A stretch of DNA of 64,000 bases from Selaginella moellendorffii (lineage: Eukaryota; Plantae; Lycopodiophyta). The stretch lies in contig NW_003314263.1 of assembly GCF_000143415.4 (NCBI RefSeq), positions 2,358,041-2,422,040 on the forward strand, given 5' to 3'. Below the pieces are notes generated by a model. That model saw only the letters and a list, made by a program, of their open reading frames with translations. It was not told the origin of the DNA and made no database searches. Below are positions 21,804 through 32,862 of the stretch, one piece after another (the stretch's first letter is position 1; every line of letters starts with the position of its first letter). A program made the translations under genes and the position numbers.

Positions 21804-22542
21804 TGTTAAGGTGTAGCATCTCGATCCTCCTCTCTATGGCTCTACTTATGTCCTAAGCTCTTTCTCTGTAGCTTTAGCTCAAGACATAAAACATAAAACC
21901 CTTGATATTTCACTGTCACGAAGTTTTTACACAACCATTTCTCTCTCTCAAAATGCCTATGGCTGCAACAAGCAACCATGGTGGATCGTCATAAGCTCTA
22001 ATATGGCAAGAATCCATAACCAAGCTAAAGAAATCTAATGCCAAAAGCTGATAATTACTACAAGTGATAAAAATAAGAAAAGACAAAGGAAAAGAAAAAG
22101 AAAAAGTTGAAAAGGTGAAAAGAGAAATAAATTTTGAAGTTCTAGGTTAGAGAGAAAACCATGTGGGAAAAATTTAAGCTAGAATTGGATGCTCAAGTTA
22201 AGAAAATTGATAAAAAGAGAAAAACAAGGAAAAAGAAGATGAACAAAGGGAAAACAAGGCATGAACTTGGACTTCAGCCTTACTAATCTCCATACTTCCA
22301 AAAAGTTCCTTAAACAAGCCCAACTCATCCCCAAAGTTCCATAGAAGAATGTGAAGTGGAGTGAATGCATTGCAAAGTGAGGGTATGAGTAGAAAGAGAT
22401 AAAAATTGCAGCCTAAGAGGTGATAAGATGGATGGAATAGAGGCCACATTGTTGTAAATGATAGAAAAGAGGACTATATGTGATGTGATGTAGTAAGACT
22501 AAAAGTAACAGATAATATGCCTTTGGGATTTGATAAAGAGCG

Positions 22543-22903
22543 TGTCAGGAATCCCCTAATTCTTGCCACATTCCTAACTCTTGCCGGATTCCTGACCTGC
22601 AGACCACATTCCTAACTCTCGAGACACTTCCCTATTCCTGACTCTCGAGACACTTCCTGATTCCTGAGTCTCGAGCCACATTCCTGATGATGATGTGGCA
22701 CCTCCTCGACCTCAGCTATGTTTAGGCCGTCCTCGATCCAAGAGTGGTGGAGCTTCATCAACCTATAGTATATATAGGTTAGCCTTGTTCCATTTCTCCA
22801 CAATCTGAATCAACGCCAGTCTAAGGCCTTTTTTTTGTTTCCACTAGCTTTTCTCTTTGTCTTTTTGCATTTTCCAGTCTTGATCTTGTTAGGGGTCTTG
22901 ACA
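22543..22903 (+). repeat. 5' LTR of element D
   Basis: TGTCAGG...CTTGACA; internal ~26-bp tandem units; TATA-like TATATATA at ~22769. Confidence 0.95.
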
Positions 22904-22905
22904 GT

Positions 22906-22920
22906 TTGATTCAGATTGTG
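22906..22920 (+). promoter_or_regulatory. Self-priming PBS of element D
   Basis: TTGATTCAGATTGTG is the exact reverse complement of CACAATCTGAATCAA (22799-22813) inside the LTR; no TGG tRNA-type PBS is present. Confidence 0.85.
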
Positions 22921-23005
22921 TTTTTTCGTTTTTTGATTTAGCTCATTTTGATTGTTTGATTACCTTTGCCTTTTTTTCCCCCTTTTTTTTTCTTTCTTCT
23001 TGCCA

Positions 23006-23977
23006 ATGGAGTCTCCAAGCCATCCTGATTTCTTTGCTGAAGTCCTTGCAAAAATCCAGTCTGAGAATACCGAGCTGAAGGCGACCCTTCTTCGCATGCA
23101 GCAGGAGCTTGCTTCACTTTCGGCTCAAGGATCCAGCAAAGTTCCTGAACCGAAGGTGAGCTTCCCGGCGAAATTTTCAGGCAAGCGTTCGGAGCTTCAC
23201 GGATTCCTGAACCAGATGGAGTTGATCTTCGCACTTCAACATCGGCGGTACCCTACTCCCGAGTCTCAAATCGGCGCGATTGGGACGTTGCTCAAAGGTG
23301 CAGCTTTGTCATGGTTTTCTCCTCTTCTGGAGAAGAGCATGAAAGGGGTCGTGGTTCCAGAGCTGATGGATCTTCAATTGTTCAAAGAGAAGCTCGAAGC
23401 ATGTTTTGGCGACACGAATCGGGTTCGGGCTGCTACCACAAAGATGAGACGTCTCTCTCAGGGGTCTCGTCCTACCTCGATCTACGCTGCAGAGTTCCAA
23501 CTCCTTGCTTTGGACACTCAGTGGGATGAGCGGGCCCTGATTGACCAATTTCGTTTCGGCCTCAACAATAGTGTCAAGGATTTGTTGCTCACCATGCAGG
23601 ATCCCGAGGACCTGTCGGATGCCATCAACAAAGCTGTTCGATGTGACAATCGTCTCTTTGAACGTCGTCAAGAAAGTCGCCGCGCCGCTGTTTTTCCGTC
23701 CCAGACTCAGGAATCCCAGCTTGAGTCTTCGGGGCATACTCCTGAACCTACTGCTCCGGTTCCGATGGATATTTCTGGTACTCCCCGACTCATTAGAGGG
23801 AAGTTGAGTCCTGCTGAGAAGCAACGTCGAATATCTCATAATCTTTGCCTCTATTGTGCTGATCCTAATCACAAAGCAGCTGTATATCCCAAGAACCCTC
23901 CTCGACTGCTCGAGTTCACTCTGCCTCAAAGTCCACCTCTATTGCAGTCGGGAAACGACCCTGTCCAAACAGAGTAG
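23006..23977 (+). CDS. Element D gag (Ty3/PEG10-like capsid, degenerate CCHC knuckle [14 protein letters not shown])
   Basis: [33 protein letters not shown]...YAAEF and [11 protein letters not shown] are typical chromovirus Gag motifs. Confidence 0.9.
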   Translation: MESPSHPDFFAEVLAKIQSENTELKATLLRMQQELASLSAQGSSKVPEPKVSFPAKFSGKRSELHGFLNQMELIFALQHRRYPTPESQIGAIGTLLKGAALSWFSPLLEKSMKGVVVPELMDLQLFKEKLEACFGDTNRVRAATTKMRRLSQGSRPTSIYAAEFQLLALDTQWDERALIDQFRFGLNNSVKDLLLTMQDPEDLSDAINKAVRCDNRLFERRQESRRAAVFPSQTQESQLESSGHTPEPTAPVPMDISGTPRLIRGKLSPAEKQRRISHNLCLYCADPNHKAAVYPKNPPRLLEFTLPQSPPLLQSGNDPVQTE

Positions 23978-23998
23978 GAGCTGTCTGTTTGGACTCCC
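23950..23998 (+). promoter_or_regulatory. -1 programmed ribosomal frameshift signal between gag and pol of D
   Basis: Slippery G GGA AAC (23950-23956), 6-nt spacer, perfect 11-bp stem GTCCAAACAGA/TCTGTTTGGAC (23963-23994); pol is in the -1 frame and open from the slip site. Confidence 0.85.
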
Positions 23999-25419
23999 CG
24001 AATAAAAATCACTTTTCTTCTTTATCAAGCTCCTCACCACCTTTCATCAAAGCCACCACCAATTCCCGCAACTTCCGCGTCCTATGTCTCCTTTCTTTCA
24101 CCAGACTATCAGGACTCAAGGCTTTGGCGTTACTGGACTCGGGTGCAACTTCCTGCTTCATGGACACGGACTTTGCTGCTCGACATCACGTTCCTCTTTC
24201 TCCTACCATACGGGATTTGAGGGTTGAAGGCATCAGCGGGCATTTTGTGTCTCCATCTTCTGGACTTAGGGAAACGTTGCCCGTTCAAGTACACATCGGG
24301 TCCACCGTTACCGATATCGCCTTTAACATCATCAACAGCAAGTCCTCCTCTGTGGTGCTCGGTCTTCCTTGGTTCCAACTACATCAGCCTCAGATCTGTT
24401 GGAAGGAATTACAGCTCATCTCTCCCACGGCTTCCCCTGCTGTTCATCGAGTCCGAATCAGGAAAAGTTCCCTAAACTCAAATCGGGGTTCTGTTCCTGA
24501 CTCTATAAAGTTTTCACCCTCTTCTTTTTCCTCTCTTCCATCTTACACTGGACTATATCCTCGTCTCATCATTCCATTTAGTCGTATGCCTCCTCCTATC
24601 TCCACAATCACTATGAAAGAACTCCTTCATGAAGAACCTCTTTTTCTTTTTGCTTTGCATGTTTCTCCTGTCAGTCTTCCTGAGAAGTATCATGATTTTG
24701 GGGATGTGTTTGACAAGAAAAAAGCTAGTGTACTGCCTGTTCATCGGCCTTATGATTGTCCCATTGATTTGCAGGAAGGAGCGTCACCTCCGTGGGGGCC
24801 TATCTACGGGTTATCCCCGTCCGAGCTTAAGGCCCTCAAAGAGTATGTGGATGAGAACCTTGCCTCGGGCTACATTCAGCATTCGCAGTCCCCGGCTGGA
24901 GCGCCTGTTTTCTTTGTCAAGAAGAAGGATGGGAGCTTGCGGCTAGTCATCGACTACCGAGGTTTGAACAAGGTGACTGTTTGGAACCGTTATCTGCTGC
25001 CCCTGATCTCGGACCTGTTGGAACGCCTCGGCGGTGCCCGCTTCTTCACCAAGATCGACCTTCGTGGAGCATACAACCTGATCCGGATCCGGCCTGGTGA
25101 TGAATGGAAGACTGCGTTCCGAACCCGCTATGGCCACTTCGAGTACACTGTCATGCCATTTGGCTTGACAAATGCTCCAGCAGTTTTCTGTGAGACACAA
25201 AATCCCTAGGCCCCAAAGTGGAGCCGGAAGGGCGCCACATGGTAGTGGCCGAAGCGAGAGCCAAACGAGCGTAACACGTTTGGACCAAAAGCTCCGACTT
25301 GAAAAGTCAAGAGCGGGAGTGGAACTCCCAACGAAGTGCTCGAGGAACGAGCACGAAGCGAGCAAAAGGCGAGGCTCCAAAAAGGGACCCAAAAGGACCA
25401 ACACATGACACATGGGAGT

Positions 25420-25965
25420 GTCCGAGATGGACTCGAGTTGGAGTCCGAAGTGGAGTCCGAGATGGACTCGAGTTGGAGTCCGAAGTGGAGTCCGAGATGG
25501 ACCCGAGTTGGAGTCCGAAGTGGAGTCCGAGGTGGACCCGAGATGGACCCGAGTTGGAGTCCGAAGTGGAGTCCGAGATGGACCCGAGATGGAGTCCGAG
25601 ATGGAGTCCGAGATGGAGTCCGAGGTGGACCCGAGATGGACCCGAAATGGAGTCCGAGATGGAGTCCGAGGTGGACCCGAGATGGACCCGAAATGGAGTC
25701 CGAGATGGAGTCCGAGATGGACCCGAGATGGAGTCCGAGATGGAGTCCGAGATGGACCCGAGATGGACCCGAGATGGAGTCCGAGATGGAGTCCGAAGTC
25801 GAGACCGAGACCGGGACCGAGACCGGGACCGAGACCGAGACCGAGACCGAGATTGGGACCGAGACCGAGACCGAGGCCGAGGCCGAGATCGAGCCCGAGC
25901 CCGAGTCCGAGTCCGAATCCGAGTCCGAGTCCGAGTCTGAGTCCGAGTCCGAGTCCGAGTCCGGA
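25420..25965 (+). repeat. Tandem 12-bp (GATGGAGTCCGA/GATGGACCCGA-type) and 6-bp (CCGAGA/CCGAGT) array in the C 5' LTR
   Basis: Directly visible; second copy at ~31296-31860 has three more hexamers. Confidence 0.95.
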
Positions 25966-28900
25966 GCCTGAGAGGGTGAAAGCCCAAAGCGTTCGTCTCC
26001 CAGACCCTGGGGGGTTTGGTGAGCTCCAAAAGTATAGTAGGGGGGAGGACTGCAGTGGAGCCAGTTTGGCCAGGAAAGGCCAGTTTGGCCCAGGAAGGCC
26101 AGACCCAGTGTTGGGTGATGAACTGACCACTGGGAAGTCCAAGACTAGAGTGAATACGGACCGACAAGCGGGGTAGCTTGGTGAAGTGTTCAAGAGCCGG
26201 CTCTAGTTCCCCCGGGAGATCGACTGGCCGATGCTCCCAGTCCAAGTGTGGGTGGCACTACCTACTTGGATACCAGGCGTGGCTCAACGGAACCTCACTC
26301 TAAGCCCATGGCTAGAGCACCTAAAGGCGATAGGTGGGGAGAGTACCCAGGTGGCTCGCGTAAGGCCACGGTGTTCCGAAATGTTGTCCCAAAGGCCCAG
26401 ACTGTGGAAAGGAAGAGGAGCAGTCCTCTGGGGTAGTGACCAAGGACACAGTCATGTGGTGGGGAAGTCCCAGAGGACCGTGGGACTTAGGGGTCGGGCC
26501 TGTGGGCCTCGATCCAGTGGCAGTGTTGGCAAACACGGCCAGGGGCAGAAAGGGACTTGGTAGGAACTGACAAAGGGACTTTGGGGAAGGCAATTCCCCA
26601 GGTCTGTGGGCATCCTAAGGATGCTAAGGAGTGGATCTAGGATGACCCCTCGTGGACACATGGCCCAGTCTTGGAGAGACGAGGTGGTGATGCAAGTGGT
26701 GTTGAACCACTAGTGCAGCAAAGGTGAATGGGCATGGCCTTAGCGTAACGGGCCGAGATGTCAGTGGTACCTTTGGGTGTCGGTCTCAGGACCGGACACG
26801 TGGAGCACTTGGACCAGGTGCAAGTGTGGAGTGGCATGGATGCCATTCTTGGGGCTAACAAGTCCCAAGTCCTGAATTGGACTGATGGAGGTGGTGAATG
26901 AGACTCCTCCAAGTGGTCGGAGGTGTGGTTAAGTGACTAAAGTAGAATGGAAAATTTAGTCGCTTACAATTTGGTATCGGAGCTGTTCCTTAGTCCGACT
27001 TTTATTGGTGCTCAAGTATATCACCACTAGTGTTGGCATCGGAAGGTCTGAGGAGTGGGCCTATCCTTGAGGAGTAGCAAGTCGGGAAGACATGGCTCTC
27101 CATTACAGTTCATGTGTGAACTTGTAGACGAGGTGGTGGATAGAAAAGGGCCAATAATGGAACGACTTTGGGATCTTGGGAACAGTGCAAGGTTTTCCTC
27201 ATTGAGTTGAGGATGTGATCCGGATGAGCATTTGTCTCAGCAAATTGGCTAAGGTTGTTGTGGTAAACAACTAAAGTTGGGATCACGGGAAAGATAGAGA
27301 CTCTAAAACAATAAAGGAGTCACAAGATTATCCTCATATAGTTGAGGTTGGTGCTCATGAATGTGAGACCAAAGGTAATGACCGTGGAAGGTCAAATACG
27401 GAAGAGGACTCAAGTCCTTGAAATGGTAGTCGGGGCTACCTTTAATAAATGCTGGAACAACCCAAGGAGTTGGGGGGTGTACTTAGAGATGAGTGGTATT
27501 CTCATCGCATGGACAAGTAGTCCTAAGGGGCAAAAGTTGCCCCCAGAGAACAAAATCAAGTGTCGGAGTAACACTTGTGAAAATAGTCCTTTTGAGTAGG
27601 ACAGGAATGCAAGAAGTGTATTCCAGTGAGCTAGTGCCTCACAAGTAAGACCTTACGGGTCTGTGGATTAACCAAGTCCAAAACTGCTGGATGACTCAAG
27701 TAGAGTCAAGGGATGGTCCTAAAAGGACTGATGGAAGCATTTGGACTGAGGTGTGTTGTACCCCACAAAGGATGGAGGGGGATCATAGGATCCAAGGATG
27801 AGAACAGAGGGTATCTCATCGATGGCAAAATGTGCCATGCTAAAGTTATGGGAAAGGTGTTCCTAGAAGAAAACAACTTTGACATAAAGTTATGTGTGAC
27901 CTCTATGGGGCAGTGCTAACGGATGGTTGGCATGAGAAAGAGTAGTGTTGGTCTTGGCAAAGACTTAGACACGAAAGGGAAATGTCATAGAGGTAGGCTC
28001 GTGGAGCCGATGGTGTGGAGACACTAAATGTGCCAAGGTGTGATACCTTGAGGCTATGTTGGTGGGTTCATGAGAACCCCTTGCCAAAGGAATCCCAATG
28101 GAAATGGGAATGGCATAGCCTAAGCTGCAGAGCATGCAGTTGGAGTGTGGTGACCCAGATAATGATGGAGGTGTGAAAGCACCAAGCAATGAGTTGTAGG
28201 ACTTGACAACTATGAGGCAACTAAGCAAGAGGTGCAAAATAACTGGTTAAACGGGTAGAAGGTAGCTACCCAAGACTTCTTAATAGCATAAGGAAGTTGG
28301 ATATACCCTTACGGGGGATAAGTTGCTTGGGTTGCGATATAGTAAGTCAATGTCATAAAAGGAAATACTCATTGTCAAGAAAGCCATCATTGGGACACCC
28401 AGACACTCTAGAACACCAGAAGGTGGTGTTTGATGTCGCGAGGGCAATGGATAAAGCCCAAGGGACTAAGTCCCTAGCGAATGATGGATAGAAGGTGCTA
28501 TCCAAATGTCCAAGGTTGCGGAGACAGGAGAGGACTGTCTACCCGAGTTGGACAAAGCCAAAAATGGAATTTTGGCAAGGCTAGTGATGGGCATGTAAAG
28601 GCCCATAAGCAACAATGTAATCCCAGTGTGTGGGATTATAAGGTGAGCATACCCGGATTGAGGAACCACTCCCTAGGCTATTGGGTAGGTTCATCCCTAA
28701 GAATACTTGCTAAGGCATGATAGAAAGTGCAAAGCTATCCTCCCGGTCTGGAGGAGAATGACCGAAGGAAAGGTGTGAAGCCAAAAGCAAGTAGTATTGG
28801 GATGGAATCGAACCATAGAAATCAAAGGGCATATCCAACAGTGGTTATGAAAGTTGGGAGTGGAGAATCAAGAGGGTGCTCGAGGATGTTGTTGCTAGCA

Positions 28901-29452
28901 ACCGTGATGCCATGGAGAGTCTAAAATATGGAATTATCCATGTTAGACTATATGGCAACTATAAAGCTTGCGAAAGGGGAGGCCTTAGCAAGCTGAGGGA
29001 CAGAGTTCCTTCAAGGTTCCCAAAGACGATTCTAGGTAGCATAGTACCTAGAAAGGCCAAGTGTAAATGGTTCATGGAACGCGCGAAATCAGAGTGGCGC
29101 AGCAGAAGCGTGGTCTTGGAGCTTGCCATGAGGCAAGGTTATCAAGGTTAGGGAAGTAGTTCCCGAGTGTTCAAAGAGAGGGCTTTGAACGAAAGTCGAT
29201 GGTCAAGGACTTTCACGCTTATGCAGGAACCATGTTACAATGGTCGGAGGACTTGCCAAGTGAGATTGGCACGTCAGGGGAACAAAGACCCTAGTTGAAG
29301 GTGATAACTTCAAAAAGGGTGGGCCATGGGGCCGAGCATGGAGGAGTCCATGCATGATCACAGACATGTCAAGTGAGAGGACTTGGCAGTGTGGAGGAAC
29401 TAGGTTCCTAAGCTGTGATCTGTAGCGCGCTTTAAAAATAGGTTGGTGCACC

Positions 29453-29863
29453 GGCGTGGGGAGTCACGCCAGGCATCTAGTGTGATGCCGTCCGTAGATG
29501 CATATACGGAGGTTGGGTTCGAGTCCCGACCCTCTAGTGCTTGGGTTCGAGTCCCAAATCACTAGGGCGTGGTGATGGTTTGGAATATGAGGACACTCAT
29601 ATTTCGGTGGTCATGGACTCTCAGTGGGGAGACTGGTTTGGGCACACCGCCAAGCGAGGGATGCCTCAGAGTCGTGATGCACGGTTAGATTGCTTAGTGT
29701 GAAAGCTCAGCATATCTAACTTGAACACTTTGGTGCAAGTGGCACCAAGGTCGTGGTGAGTGAGATGGGGACACCTAATCTCAGTTGCTATGAACCCTTG
29801 GCCGTAAGGGCTAGCTTGGGTGCACCGCCAAGTGTGGGGGATGCCCCCGGGGTTATAGTCAAC
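29453..29863 (+). ncRNA. Homolog of the B 3'-UTR structured RNA, with duplicated 3' module
   Basis: Same helix order and conserved loops (TTCGAGT, GACA, CACCG, GATG) with different but complementary stems. Confidence 0.7.
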
Positions 29864-31064
29864 AACTTGGAGGTCTAGAAAACCAAGTACCTCTTGGCAA
29901 CTCTGTTAAGGTGCCAAGGTGAGATCACTAGGTGATCTTATGGCCAGAAAAGGACAAGGTCCTTGGTTGGCTAAAGAATGAAGTTCCTGGTTCAAAATGT
30001 TGAAATTGAACTGTTTAAGGTGGTGTGGCTTGGTCGTGATAACCAAGTGGGAAGAGCACCTAAGGGAAATAAACTATGTCCGTGTGATGGCATAGTGAGT
30101 CCGAGGAAAGTAGTCTCTATAAAAGACCCATGGGAGGGTCACGAAGTTGGGCCGTGGATAGAGCCCATAGCAGAAGATGCTAAAGAGACGTACTAGGGGT
30201 GAACATCCTCCGGACTTGGCAAAGAAGAGTCTTTGCTATGGAACCGAAACAATACCTCAAGGAGGGAGGTAGAGATTCGATGTTGCTTGGTGCAACAATC
30301 AACGGATAGGAGCAAAAGATGAGTGGCCAAGATAGGGCCGTGGAATCCCTTGGAAGGAATCCAAGTGACGAAGTTAGGCGAGGAACACTAATGTGTTGGA
30401 CGCTAACAAGTTGCGGGAAAGGAAGTGTGTTTCCAAGGAGGGATTCCGAATTGCTCCGATTTGGCAAAAGTGGAAGCTCCAAGGGAGGGAGCGGTAAGGT
30501 AGCCAAATGATAGGGCGATGAACAGCCCTAGCACAAAGTATGATAACTGGAACTTTGGCACGAAATAGAAGAGAGGATGATGGTGCCCTCGAGTAGAGAA
30601 CTTCCTAGGATGGGAAGTGGAGTTGCACAAAAGGTGCAAGGCAAGGTGTCGGAGACACCTAGGAAATTGACTCCAAGAAGTCAAAATTCAAAGTTCCAAA
30701 GTGCAAAGGTTATATCGATGGAAATTGAGACTACTCGAGAAGGAGTAGTGGGATTGACTTAGAGAAGGGTCTCTAAGAGGTTTAGCGAGAACTAAACCAA
30801 TAAAAGGAGAGAACCACTCCTTGTGGTCCAATCAGTCTCTAAGTTGGGGAGACTACCCTCCTTAGAGGATAGGCAAGGCATGGTGAGCCTTTGGTGTCAA
30901 ACCATTGAGGCATATGCAAAAGGCATGGTGAGCCTTCAATGTCAAACTATTGACAAATATTGGCTAGGTGCCAAGGATGGAAATGGTAACACATACGAGT
31001 GTTACTTTACAAAATGGTTTACCGTTCGATGAGGACATCGAACTTCGTCTATGGGTGGTGGAGT

Positions 31065-32862
31065 TGTGAGACACAAAATCCCTAGGCCCCAAAGTGGAGC
31101 CGGAAGGGCGCCACATGGTAGTGGCCGAAGCGAGAGCCAAATGAGCGTAACACGTTTGGACCAAAAGCTCCGACTTGAAAAGTCAAGAGCGGGAGTGGAA
31201 CTCCCAACGAAGTGCTCGAGGAACGAGCACGAAGCGAGCAAAAGGCGAGGCTCCAAAAAGGGACCCAAAAGGACCAACACATGACACGTGGGAGTGTCCG
31301 AGATGGACTCGAGTTGGAGTCCGAAGTGGAGTCCGAGATGGACTTGAGTTGGAGTCCGAAGTGGAGTCCGAGATGGACCCGAGTTGGAGTCCGAAGTGGA
31401 GTCCGAGGTGGACCCGAGATGGACCCGAGTTGGAGTCCGAAGTGGAGTCCGAGATGGACCCGAGATGGAGTCCGAGATGGAGTCCGAGATGGAGTCCGAG
31501 GTGGACCCGAGATGGACCCGAAATGGAGTCCAAGATGGAGTCCGAGGTGGACCCGAGATGGACCCGAAATGGAGTCCGAGATGGAGTCCGAGATGGACCC
31601 GAGATGGAGTCCGAGATGGAGTCCGAGATGGACCCGAGATGGACTCGAGATGGAGTCCGAGATGGAGTCCGAAGTCGAGACCGAGACCGGGACCGAGATC
31701 GGGACCGAGATCGAGACCGAGACCGAGATTGGGACCGAGACCGAGACCGAGGCCGAGGCCAAGATCGAGCCCGAGCCCGAGTCCGAGTCCGAATCCGAGT
31801 CCGAGTCCGAGTCCGAGTCCGAGTCCGAATCCGAGTCCGAGTCCGAGTCCGAGTCCGGAGCCTGAGAGGGTGAAAGCCCAAAGCGTTCATCTCCCAGACC
31901 CTGGGGGGTTTGGTGAGCTCCAAAAGTATAGTAGGGGGGAGGACTGCAGTGGAGCCAGTTTGGCCAGGAAAGGCCAGTTTGGCCCAGGAAGGCCAGACCC
32001 AGTGTTGGGTGATGAACTGACCACTGGGAAGTCCAAGACTAGAGTGAATACGGACCGACAAGCGGGGTAGCTTGGTGAAGTGTTCAAGAGCCGGCTCTAG
32101 TTCCCCCGGGAGATCGACTGGCCGATGCTCCCAGTCCAAGTGTGGGTGGCACTACCTACTTGGATACCAGGCGTGGCTCAACGGAACCTCGCTCTAAGCC
32201 CATGGCTAGAGCACCTAAAGGCGATAGGTGGGGAGAGTACCCAGGTGGCTCGCGTAAGGCCACGGTGTTCCGAAATGTTGTCCCAAAGGCCCAGACTGTG
32301 GAAAGGAAGAGGAGCAGTCCTCTGGGGTAGTGACCAAGGACACAGTCATGTGGTGAGGAAGTCCCAGAGGACCGTGGGACTTAGGGGTCGGGCCTGTGGG
32401 CCTCGATCCAGTGGCAGTGTTGGCAAACACGGCCAGGGGCAGAAAGGGACTTGGTAGGAACTGACAAAGGGACTTTGGGGAAGGCAATTCCCCAGGTCTG
32501 TGGGCATCCTAAGGATGCTAAGGAGTGGATCTAGGATGACCCCTCGTGGACACATGGCCCAGTCTTGGAGAGACGAGGTGGTGATGCAAGTGGTGTTGAA
32601 CCACTAGTGCAGCAAAGGTGAATGGGCATGGCCTTAGCGTAACGGGCCGAGATGTCAGTGGTACCTTTGGGTGTCGGTCTCAGGACCGGACACGTGGAGC
32701 ACTTGGACCAGGTGCAAGTGTGGAGTGGCATAGATGCCATTCTTGGGGCTAACAAGTCCCAAGTCCTGAATTGGACTGATGGAGGTGGTGAATAAGACTC
32801 CTCCAAGTGGTCGGAGGTGTGGTTAAGTGACTAAAGTAGAATGGAAAATTTAGTCGCTTACA
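31065..32862 (+). repeat. 3' LTR of element C
   Basis: Direct repeat of 25189-26968. Confidence 0.95.

Larger units (their letters stand above)
25189..32862 (+). mobile_element. Element C: non-coding, non-autonomous LARD-like LTR element related to B, inserted in the RT of D
   Basis: LTRs 25189-26968 (1780 bp) and 31065-32862 (1798 bp); TSD TTTTC at 25184-25188 and 32863-32867; PBS TGGTATCGGAGC (26972) and PPT region as in B; no long ORF in the 4.1-kb interior. Confidence 0.93.

Noticed and set aside
25420-25965. Repeat array as CRISPR-like
   Set aside because: No unique spacers; head-to-tail short units in a eukaryotic LTR.
24943-26245. Long RS-, ES- and SPRW-repeat ORFs in several frames on both strands (also 31082-32139, 3655-3969, 10038-10352)
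   Set aside because: They are by-products of stop-poor 6/12-bp LTR tandem arrays, not SR-protein genes.
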